From an uncultured Anaerolineales bacterium (GTDB lineage Bacteria; Chloroflexota; Anaerolineae; B4-G1; SLSP01): a stretch of DNA of 64,000 nucleotides. Under the pieces are notes generated by a model. The model was not told where the DNA came from. It saw nothing but the letters and a program-made list of their open reading frames with translations, and searched no databases. The stretch lies in assembly GCA_964501335.1 (NCBI GenBank), contig CAZCTC010000023.1:23216-87215 (forward strand). Direction: 5' to 3'. Position numbers and translations under genes: made by a program. Shown one piece after another: positions 56,632 through 64,000 of this stretch. How positions within the stretch are numbered: the first letter of the stretch is position 1; every line of letters begins with the position of its first letter.

Positions 56632-56904
56632 GAAGTAGAGAGCAGCAAGTAGACAGTAGACAGCAAAAACCCGCCTGTGGGGTTGGTCTGGAAAAAAGCC
56701 CCTGGTTGCGGCGGCTTCAGAAAGCCACCGCAACCAGGGATAAAATAACCTCTCTCCTCCTGCTTCGCACCGCGCGGCGCTTTTCACCAAACAAAAGCCC
56801 TGTGCGGGACGTTAAAACGCCAACCGCACAGGTCAAAAAAACATTTTTTCGCACGCCGCAGACGGCGTGCGAAAAAATGAATAAAAACAACCCTTTGCGG
56901 GACG
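56632..56904 (+). repeat. Mosaic repeat tract in a convergent gap: GTAGACAG block, CCTGTGGGG block, two R2 hairpins, motif B, truncated motif B
   Basis: GAAGTAGAGAGCAGCAAGTAGACAGTAGACAGC (56632-56664). Hairpin at 56700-56739 (loop CAGA, one C/A mismatch). Motif B at 56759-56811. CCTGTGCGG/CCGCACAGG stem (56799-56807 and 56824-56832). Hairpin at 56842-56879 (17-bp perfect). CTTTGCGGGACG at 56893-56904. Confidence 0.9.
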
Positions 56905-56916
56905 CCGGAAATACCG

Positions 56917-57654
56917 CTATTCCAGAGAAGACATCGTCGCATTCGCCGTATTCGTCACCGCGTGCGGTCGCCGCCCCAACACCCCCCATCCCAGCAGCAG
57001 CATCCCCACCCCAATCAACATCACCGGCCCCATCAAACTCCCCAACCACCAGAAATCAGAAAGGATCAACGTCATCCCCCCAAACCCCACCGCCGCAATC
57101 ACGCACAAAATCAACCCGGCCACCACCAATCCCGAAGAACGCTTCCCCAAAGCCAGCGCCAGCAGCGCCAGCCCGACCGCCAGCGGCTCCGCCGCCCACA
57201 ACCAGGCCCAGGCGCCCCACCAGCCGGTCAATCCACAGAAAAGGAAAATCAGACCGTTCACCCCGATAATAATCGCCGGCACCACCAGCCCCCAGGTACG
57301 CATCCAGAAAGCCGCCGCCAGAAACCCTACCGCCAGCGCCAGCACCTCAAAGGACCACATCCAGCTCCAGGCGCCCCACAAATGCGTCAGATTGGTAAAG
57401 CTGAGGATCATTCCCGTCGCCAGAATCGGAAATCCCGGGATGAAAAGGCCGCCCAGGCCCCGATTGCTCATATTCAAGAAAGGCCCACCGACAAAAGCCA
57501 ACCCGACCATTACCACCACACTCGGCCAGAAGAAAGAAACCGCCGAACCGATCAGCGAAAATCCCAGGAAAGGAAAACCCCACATCGCCCCCAGCCCCAT
57601 CAGGCCGAATACAATCAAAAGTCCACCCACCAACAACGATCCCTTGCGTTCCAT
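56917..57654 (-). CDS. Polytopic integral membrane protein with repeated GWW/WGAWxW motifs
   Basis: ~8 predicted TM helices. AAGGAG RBS lies before the ATG at 57654. The segment VVPAIIIGVNGLIFLFCGLTGWWGAWAWLWAAEPLAVG is paralogous to the C-terminal TM region of the adjacent Ser/Thr kinase. Confidence 0.75.
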   Translation of the reverse strand: MERKGSLLVGGLLIVFGLMGLGAMWGFPFLGFSLIGSAVSFFWPSVVVMVGLAFVGGPFLNMSNRGLGGLFIPGFPILATGMILSFTNLTHLWGAWSWMWSFEVLALAVGFLAAAFWMRTWGLVVPAIIIGVNGLIFLFCGLTGWWGAWAWLWAAEPLAVGLALLALALGKRSSGLVVAGLILCVIAAVGFGGMTLILSDFWWLGSLMGPVMLIGVGMLLLGWGVLGRRPHAVTNTANATMSSLE

Positions 57655-57714
57655 CTTTTTTCTCCTTGATTTCTTACGTTGCGACACTCCGGTCACAACC
57701 ATTTAAAAGACTTG

Positions 57715-59235
57715 TTAAAAGACTAATGAAAAAACCATCACAATCACCGCCGCCGAAAGCGAGAAAGCTCCCAAAACCAGCGCCGCCACCCGCATCCAAC
57801 GATCCACCAGCGCTTTCTGTTTCATCAACCAGACCGACAGCCAGATAGTCGTCCCGATCAGGATCGGCTCCAAAGGCCAGAGAAATCCCCATTGATCCCA
57901 CCAGCCGGTCATGGAGTAATAAGAGAAAAGCACTCCATTTCCCACCAAAATCCCCACCGGGATCAGCACTCCCGGCGCCCGGGTAGTGTACAAAACCCCG
58001 CACAACAGCGTCGCCGCCAGGAATAACTCCATCGGCCACCCTGCCGCATACAACGTCTTGTGCATCATACCGGCGAGCATCACCCCGCAGAGATTGCACA
58101 TCACCAGCAATCCCACCCCCGCCAGAATCGGATTGGCTCCCTGCGGATCAGACTTCGCTTCCGTTGCCGCTTTTACGGCTGGAACCGGAGCCACGGCGGG
58201 AACTTCCGGCACCGGGATCACTTCCGTCGGAACCATAGTCGGAGCCCGCAGCCCCACATCGGTCGCATCGGCCGCAAAACCGGAATCGGTCACCCGCTCC
58301 CGCACGGTCCCCGAAAAAACCGCCACCGCCTCCTGCGGAGCCTCCACCGTCGTAAACGAAAGCGGCAGTGAAATCCGTTCCGGCAGGGCAATCCCCGCCT
58401 CCGTCGCCGCCAGGCGCAGCGACCCCGCCATCTCTTCCGCGCTCGCATACCGATCTTCCGATGATTTGGCCAGCGCCTTCAAAACCACCCGCTCCAATAC
58501 CTCCGGGATCTCCGGCGAGACCCGCCGGGGCAACGGCAGCGGATCGTTCATATGCTTCATCAAAACGGCCAGCGGCGTATCCCCATCAAAGGGCACCTGC
58601 TGAGTCAGCATCTCAAAAGCCACCACCCCCAGCGCATACAGATCGCTTCGGGCATCACAACGCCCCTCCAACCCCTGTTCCGGAGCGATGTAACTTACGG
58701 TGCCCATCAAAGCTCCCGGCGCCGTGAACCGCGTCCCGCCCATAATCTGAGCAATCCCGAAATCCGCCACCACCGCCTGCCCATGCCGGGTCAACAACAC
58801 ATTCGCCGGCTTCAGATCCCGATGGACCATCCCTGCCTGATGGGCAAAGGCCAGTCCATCCAAAATGTCCAGCAACACCCGCACCACCTCGCCGAAAGGC
58901 ATCCGCTCACCCCGCTGCCGATAGGCATTCAACCGCGCCTTCAGCGTATCCCCTTCCAGCAGTTCCAGAACCATATACGGCATGCCGTCTTGAACGTCAA
59001 AATCGAAAACCTGGACAATATTGGGATGCCGCAACGCCGCCACCGCCTGCGCTTCCCGATGGAACCGGGCGGAAAAGGACTCATCGTCGGCCAGATCGGC
59101 GCGCAGAACTTTGATTGCAACATAACGGTTCAACTGAGCGTGATACCCTCGATAAACCCGCGCCATCCCCCCCTGACCCAGAGGTTCCAACACCCGATAC
59201 CGGCCCAACGTCTGTCCTTCCAATGATCCCTGCAT
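57715..59235 (-). CDS. Hanks-type Ser/Thr protein kinase with a C-terminal multi-TM domain
   Basis: GRYRVLEPLGQGGMARVY, AIKVL, HRDLKPANVLL, DFGIA, APEQ. GGGAGGA RBS lies before the ATG at 59235. Confidence 0.9.
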   Translation of the reverse strand: MQGSLEGQTLGRYRVLEPLGQGGMARVYRGYHAQLNRYVAIKVLRADLADDESFSARFHREAQAVAALRHPNIVQVFDFDVQDGMPYMVLELLEGDTLKARLNAYRQRGERMPFGEVVRVLLDILDGLAFAHQAGMVHRDLKPANVLLTRHGQAVVADFGIAQIMGGTRFTAPGALMGTVSYIAPEQGLEGRCDARSDLYALGVVAFEMLTQQVPFDGDTPLAVLMKHMNDPLPLPRRVSPEIPEVLERVVLKALAKSSEDRYASAEEMAGSLRLAATEAGIALPERISLPLSFTTVEAPQEAVAVFSGTVRERVTDSGFAADATDVGLRAPTMVPTEVIPVPEVPAVAPVPAVKAATEAKSDPQGANPILAGVGLLVMCNLCGVMLAGMMHKTLYAAGWPMELFLAATLLCGVLYTTRAPGVLIPVGILVGNGVLFSYYSMTGWWDQWGFLWPLEPILIGTTIWLSVWLMKQKALVDRWMRVAALVLGAFSLSAAVIVMVFSLVF

Positions 59236-59278
59236 GGCATCCTCCCTTGATCGTCCCGGCACTCTGTCGTTTTTTAAT

Positions 59279-60073
59279 CTAATCTCCCAGCTGTGACATC
59301 CGCCCCGACCCGGCGATCCGGGAATCCACCTTCGGTCGGCCGCTGTAATAGATGTTGCCGCTGCCCATAATCGACCCGTCGAGCGATTCCTTCACCGCCA
59401 GCGTCACAGAACCGCTGCCCATCACCTGCGCGCTGGCCGAATCGCTGGACATCTCACTGCCGCGATAGTTGCCCGAGCCCATAATCGTCACCGTCTGCTG
59501 ATCCACCGCGCCGCCTTCGATATTGACGTTTCCCGAGCCCGGAATCGAAACCTCCAGCGCATCCCCATCCACCTGGCCCACCGTAATGGAACCGGACCCC
59601 GCCAGATTGATCTCGGTATTGTCCGCTGCCACCCCGTCGATATTGACATCGCCCGAGCCGGCCAGTCGCACATCGAAAGACTTCGCCGTCAATTCCGGCG
59701 CATCGATCGAGCCGCTGCCCGTAAGGATCACCGCATCCAGCGACTTCACGGTGACATAGAACTTCACCGGCTGCGTATGCCTGAAGATCGTCCCCGATTC
59801 CGTACTGATCACCAGTTTTCCATTATGGACTTCGGTGTGGAGGTAAGGGAGTAAATTGTCCTCAGCCTCGATCTTTAGCGACTCTTCGTCCCCCACCGTG
59901 ATGATCACATCCCCAAACGTGGCATTTTCCAACGAGGTGAAATCCTTAACCGCGCGCTCTTCCTCGACCACATGGCCCGATCCCCGCACGCCGACCATGG
60001 CGCACCCCACACTCAACACCAGCATCCCCAGCAACAACAGGCCGATCATCATTTCCCGTAACATCGCATCCAT
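59279..60073 (-). CDS. DUF2807 / head-GIN-domain lipoprotein-like protein
   Basis: Signal/lipobox-like N-terminus (LLLLGMLVLSVGCA). Eight GSG(S/D/N)(I/V/Y) beta-helix repeats. Confidence 0.8.
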   Translation of the reverse strand: MDAMLREMMIGLLLLGMLVLSVGCAMVGVRGSGHVVEEERAVKDFTSLENATFGDVIITVGDEESLKIEAEDNLLPYLHTEVHNGKLVISTESGTIFRHTQPVKFYVTVKSLDAVILTGSGSIDAPELTAKSFDVRLAGSGDVNIDGVAADNTEINLAGSGSITVGQVDGDALEVSIPGSGNVNIEGGAVDQQTVTIMGSGNYRGSEMSSDSASAQVMGSGSVTLAVKESLDGSIMGSGNIYYSGRPKVDSRIAGSGRMSQLGD

Positions 60074-60182
60074 CCTCCTTTGAAGTTTGGAGCGTTCCCG
60101 CTCACGAGTATAGAATACCTCGCCCCGGGAAAAGATACCTATCGGTCGGCTATCAATCAGCTAACAAAAATCCATCATCCAG

Positions 60183-60608
60183 AGCAGACAGCAGCAAGTA
60201 GACAGTAGACAGCCATTAAAAAAGCATTTTTTGCCTGGAACCCGCTCCATGCCGGGCGCCCCACAAAAAATGCTCTAAAATGAATGTTAGCGCGCACAAC
60301 TTCTGGGATCAAGGACGGCCACATCGGGCCGCCCCTACAAAAAGGCCCTCTGATGTAGGGGCGCCCCTGCGTGGGCGCCCTAAACTGGCCTGATAAAACC
60401 ATTTCTGTTAAAACACCCCGGCCATGTCCCATCCCTTGTGCACGCTAACAAATAAATCATCTCTGCGGTGAGCCTGGAAAAGCGGGAGAAAAAAGCCTGT
60501 GTTTTTGCGCGCATAAGAATGCGCGCAAAAACACAAACAAAAAAAACGTTCTCCCCCCATCCAGCACGTCTATTCTTCCTGTCTACTGTCTACTTGCTGC
60601 TGTCTACT
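60183..60608. repeat. Composite repeat tract bounded by inverted GTAGACAG blocks (MITE-like outline)
   Basis: AGCAGACAGCAGCAAGTAGACAGTAGACAGC (60183-60213) and its reverse complement (60579-60608). Interior: R2-type stem with a 30-nt insert (60224-60273), R1 doublet plus leader in reverse orientation (60312-60435), CTCTGCGGTGAGCCTGG block, R2 hairpin (60499-60534), truncated motif B (60558-60571). Confidence 0.85.
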
Positions 60609-60612
60609 ATAC

Positions 60613-61230
60613 CTATTCATGCGTGACCAGCTTATACCCCTGCCCGCGCACGGTCAACAACAACTGCGGATTGGCCGGATCGGGCTCCAGCCTGGACCGC
60701 AGCCGCCGCACCAGATTCTCAATCTGATAATCGAAAACCCCTTCCTGATACTCCGGCCAGACCGCCAGTCCGATCTCATCCCGGCTACAGATCCGCCCGC
60801 GCCGCTCATACAGATAAACCACCAGCTCGAACTCTTTCGGCGAAAGCGCCACCGCCTCCCGATTGACCCGTACCACGCCGGCCGCCGAATCGACCTCCAG
60901 GGTCGGAAACGGCGTGTCGTAGACCGTCACATCCGGATCGTGAAAAACCAGCGTCACATCGCCGATCATCACCCGATCCCCATCCTGCAACTCCACCGGC
61001 GCCAATACCCGCTCGCCGTTGCAAAAAGTCCCATTCGTACTGCCCAGATCTTCCAGCACCGTCCGCCAGCCCTCCCGCCGGACCCGCGCATGTTCCCGCG
61101 AAACCCGCTTGCTGGTAATCACGATGCCGTTCTCCATGGCCCGGCCCATCGAAATTTCATCCGTGCGCAAAGGGTGTTCCCGTCCGGTCGGATCGGTAAA
61201 AAACGGCACCTCATGCCCCGTTTCCATCAC
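60613..61230 (-). CDS. FHA-domain protein fused to an OmpR-type winged-helix DNA-binding domain
   Basis: FHA (ISMGRAMENGIVITSKRVSREHARV...DLGSTNGTFCNGERV). C-terminal LSPKEFELVVYL...LVRRLRSRLEPDPANPQLLLTVRGQGYKL. Confidence 0.85.
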   Translation of the reverse strand: MMETGHEVPFFTDPTGREHPLRTDEISMGRAMENGIVITSKRVSREHARVRREGWRTVLEDLGSTNGTFCNGERVLAPVELQDGDRVMIGDVTLVFHDPDVTVYDTPFPTLEVDSAAGVVRVNREAVALSPKEFELVVYLYERRGRICSRDEIGLAVWPEYQEGVFDYQIENLVRRLRSRLEPDPANPQLLLTVRGQGYKLVTHE

Positions 61231-61237
61231 CGCTCCC

Positions 61238-64000
61238 TCACCCCTGCCACTTCAACAGATCCGCATGGATCGTCGTCTGCTCCAGGAAAGTCCGCTGCAT
61301 AGACTCATCCATCCCCGTCGCCCAGGAGTGCAACAGCGCCGTGGCCCGCTGCAATATTTCCGCCCGTCGCGGATCGTTCCATTGCTGTAAAATCCGGGCC
61401 GCCTGCCAGTAAACCCAGAAAGGCTCGTCTTGAGGGATCAACTCCACCTGCGGCAACTGTTCCAATACCCAGTCCACTCCCGCCTGCGCCTCTTGCCGAT
61501 TGCCGAAACGGGCCGCAAGCTCCGCCAGCCCCATCCGAACCTGTAACAACAACGAAGGGTAATACTGGCGCACCTTCTCAAACTCCAGAATCCGGCGATA
61601 AATCGCCTGCGCCTCCGAGCCCAAATCCACGCTGGCATTGACCCGGGCCAGCGCCAGATCGACCACCACACAATCATACCAATCGTCCAGCCGGGCCACA
61701 CTCTCCGCCGCCCGGCCCAACAAGGTCCGCGCTGTATCCAGATTGCCTTGATAGAAGAACAGCAACCCCAACCCCTTCAAGGTCGCCGCCTCGCCGCGGA
61801 TATCGCCGATCTGCCGCTGCAATTCCAGGGCCTGTTCGAAATGCTCCCGGGCCCGCGGATAATCCCCACCGCTCAGCCAGATCTGTCCCAGCGTCGCAAA
61901 GACCTCCGCTTTGCCCCAACGATCGCCGCCGTCCTGACGCAACCGCAGCGACTGTTCCCCCAATTGCCGCGCCTCCGCCAGCTTCCCCTGCTGCCAGGCC
62001 GTCAGCGCCAGGCCATTTAAAGCTCCCCCGGTCCCGGTGCGATCACCCAATTCATAGAACAACGTCAGCGCCAATCGCCCCTGGCTCTCGGCCTGCTCGT
62101 ATTCATGTTGCAAAGTCGCCATCGCCGCCAGATGGACCAATACCCGCGCCTCACCCTGCCGGCAATTCACCTCACGATAGCCCTGCAAAGCCTGCTGGAA
62201 ATAAGAGATCGCTCGCGCCACCTCATTCATCTCCCAGGCCATCACCCCCATCGCCCGCAGACAATCCGCCTCCACTTCACGAGCCCGTGCCGCCCGCGCC
62301 GTCTCCAGCGCCCGTTCCAACCGCAACCAGGCCTCTCGCAGATTGTTCTGCCGAATGGCAATCCAGCCGGTCAGGAAATCCAATCGGGCCTGCTCGCGCG
62401 TCGGCCCCAACCCTTCCAGATAGCCGCGGCCCTTGTGCAGCCATTCCAGCGCCGCCGGATAGTCGCTTCGACCCTCATGGGCCAGCGCCGTCTGATAGCA
62501 AAGATCGGATTGCTGTAAATCCCGCTCCAGCGTTCGCGATTGCTGAGCCAGCAACTTCCAGGCGACCATGCAATGTTCCAGCGCTTCCGGATAACGGTTC
62601 ACAATCGTCAACACCTGACTGAGCGCATGATGCACATTCAACTCCAGCGCCGGGTTGAGATTGGCCGGAGACTTAACCCGCTCCAACACCCGCCCATACC
62701 ACAATAGCGCAGTATCCAGCAAACCACCCTGATGAGCCTGACGGGCCGCCTGCAACCCGTAATTGATCGCCGGCTGATCCTCCCCCGCCTGGCCGAAATG
62801 ATAGGCCAGTTCTTCGATCCGGGTGCCGCCCGAGCGCCGTTCCAGCGACTCGCCGGCCTGCCGGTGCAGCAACCGTCGCCGCAACACGCTCAGTTCCCCG
62901 TAAATCACCTGATGGATCTCAAAATGCCGGAAGCGCAGCTGCCCTTCACCGGGAGCTTCCAACACCAGCTGGCGCTCCAAAGCCGGTTCCAGCCGGTCCA
63001 ACATCTCCCGTTCCGAAAGCCCGCTGATCTCTCGCAGGTCGGCATAACTGAAACTCTGCCCCAACACCGCCGCCTGCCGCAGCAGCGCCTGAGTATCTTC
63101 GGGCAGCAACCCGACCCGGTGTTGCACCGCTTCCCACTCACTCATCGGCAACGCCAGCCCATCGACATCGGCAGGGAAATGCCAGCGGCCGTCTCGCAGG
63201 GTAATATAGCCCTCGTCCACCAACGCCTTCGCCGTCTCTTCGGTATAGAAGATATCGCCGGCCGTGCGCCGATAGATCTTATTCACCAGAGCCGCAGGAG
63301 CCGGCTGCTGCCAGAGATTCTCCAACAGCGTCGCCACCCCCGCCTCATCCAGCCGATCCGGAGCCATCTGGCGATACCCCGGCTCCTGCCCCAACGCAGC
63401 CAACGCATCCTGCACCAATTGATCCAGACCGGTGTGCGGATCAGGATGGCCGGGAAGACCCGGAATATGGCGCCCCAGATAACGCAACTGCTCCAGACAG
63501 AGCGAATCGACCCACTGCAAATCGTCCAGCGCCAGGAACCAGGGCCGATCCTGCATTGCCCGCTTGATAAAGCGGACCGGGCTGCCCACCAATCGCAACT
63601 GCACCACCGAGGGCGATGAAAGATTCGGCGAAAGCCGGTAAAGCTGAGGGATCAACCCCATCAAATGCATAAAGAGCTGCCAGACCTGCCGGCCCCAGCT
63701 TTCCCGCGGCGTCGTCGTCAGCTGACGTTGCAAAACCTGCACCACCAGGCGATAAGGAATCGTCCAATCCCGGTCATCTCCCGGCAGGAGAGGTTTCCCC
63801 CCCTCGCCGCTCCGCAACCGTTCATTACACTCCCATACGGCAAGATAAGACTGCCGCGCATCCAATAACTGGGTCTCGGCAGGAACCTCTCCCCCTATCC
63901 CCGCCACCGACAACAGGGTGCTCAAAATCCGTCGGGTTTGCTGAGCGCTGGAATAGCGCTCGGCGGGATTCTTGGCCAGCAACTTCAACAACAAATGCTC
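61238..64000 (-). CDS. Large regulatory protein (N-terminus outside window): end of a Ser/Thr kinase domain, an AAA_16-like region and an extensive TPR array
   Basis: The window edge falls in LLKLLAKNPAERYSSA (kinase subdomain XI context). There is a Walker-B-like FLALDDLQWVD, but I see no GxxxxGK[ST] P-loop between it and the kinase end. About 12 TPR-like repeats follow. Confidence 0.8.
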   Translation of the reverse strand, partial: EHLLLKLLAKNPAERYSSAQQTRRILSTLLSVAGIGGEVPAETQLLDARQSYLAVWECNERLRSGEGGKPLLPGDDRDWTIPYRLVVQVLQRQLTTTPRESWGRQVWQLFMHLMGLIPQLYRLSPNLSSPSVVQLRLVGSPVRFIKRAMQDRPWFLALDDLQWVDSLCLEQLRYLGRHIPGLPGHPDPHTGLDQLVQDALAALGQEPGYRQMAPDRLDEAGVATLLENLWQQPAPAALVNKIYRRTAGDIFYTEETAKALVDEGYITLRDGRWHFPADVDGLALPMSEWEAVQHRVGLLPEDTQALLRQAAVLGQSFSYADLREISGLSEREMLDRLEPALERQLVLEAPGEGQLRFRHFEIHQVIYGELSVLRRRLLHRQAGESLERRSGGTRIEELAYHFGQAGEDQPAINYGLQAARQAHQGGLLDTALLWYGRVLERVKSPANLNPALELNVHHALSQVLTIVNRYPEALEHCMVAWKLLAQQSRTLERDLQQSDLCYQTALAHEGRSDYPAALEWLHKGRGYLEGLGPTREQARLDFLTGWIAIRQNNLREAWLRLERALETARAARAREVEADCLRAMGVMAWEMNEVARAISYFQQALQGYREVNCRQGEARVLVHLAAMATLQHEYEQAESQGRLALTLFYELGDRTGTGGALNGLALTAWQQGKLAEARQLGEQSLRLRQDGGDRWGKAEVFATLGQIWLSGGDYPRAREHFEQALELQRQIGDIRGEAATLKGLGLLFFYQGNLDTARTLLGRAAESVARLDDWYDCVVVDLALARVNASVDLGSEAQAIYRRILEFEKVRQYYPSLLLQVRMGLAELAARFGNRQEAQAGVDWVLEQLPQVELIPQDEPFWVYWQAARILQQWNDPRRAEILQRATALLHSWATGMDESMQRTFLEQTTIHADLLKWQG

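Noticed and set aside
56706-57669. Pro/Thr/Arg-rich plus-strand ORFs (56706-57269, 56962-57669) and the alternative-frame ORF 1339-1668 in the PT linker.
   Set aside because: They are frame-shifted or antisense readings of a Trp/Gly-rich membrane protein gene and of a PT-linker region. Their composition is an artefact of codon bias.
61238-64000. Calling the central region of the large TPR protein an active AAA+/STAND ATPase.
   Set aside because: A Walker-B-like LALDDLQWVD is present, but I could not find a GxxxxGK[ST] P-loop between the kinase end and this motif. It is therefore described only as AAA_16-like and possibly degenerate.

Overview
High-GC bacterial chromosomal segment. The gene content (giant GAF/PAS kinases, Pro/Thr linkers, an archaeal-type thiolase/HMG-CoA synthase/DUF35 set) suggests a Chloroflexota-like organism, but I cannot verify that from sequence alone. 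I call 47 CDSs. From left to right they are: moeA-like (partial), a PT-rich anchored protein, an FAD oxidoreductase, a NarL/DegS-type two-component pair, rpoD, tsaC/sua5, ssb, and a cell-wall operon (Amidase_3 plus a multidomain M23 peptidase). Next is a long minus-strand signalling cluster at 12.6-26.4 kb: DUF4388, a small GTPase, an alpha/beta hydrolase, a V4R protein, an LbH protein, an acyl-ACP-reductase-like dehydrogenase, REC-GGDEF, a 2110-aa GAF kinase, a REC protein, and a second alpha/beta hydrolase that lacks the nucleophile serine. Then come recN, an upper mevalonate operon (class II HMGR, HMGCS, thiolase, DUF35), and two large sensor kinases. A chemosensory cluster follows: an OmpR-type RR, cheW, cheR-TPR, cheW, a short cheR, two MCPs, cheA-REC, cheY, cheB, REC-RsbW-like, cheY. 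The window ends with a Ser/Thr-kinase/FHA module. The most unusual content is non-coding. Almost every intergenic gap from 34 kb to 60.6 kb, plus a decayed copy at 1.15 kb, is built from one modular set of short repeats. The modules are: a long hairpin family whose stems differ between copies but stay paired; a conserved CCAGCGCGKCGC...CTGTKGCGGGACG element that sits just upstream of many start codons; GTAG-headed inverted palindrome doublets resembling REPINs; GTAGACAG blocks; and ACGTTTY heptad tracts. The two MCP genes share a 929-bp 3' segment that appears identical. No rRNA, tRNA, CRISPR array, transposase or prophage genes were seen.
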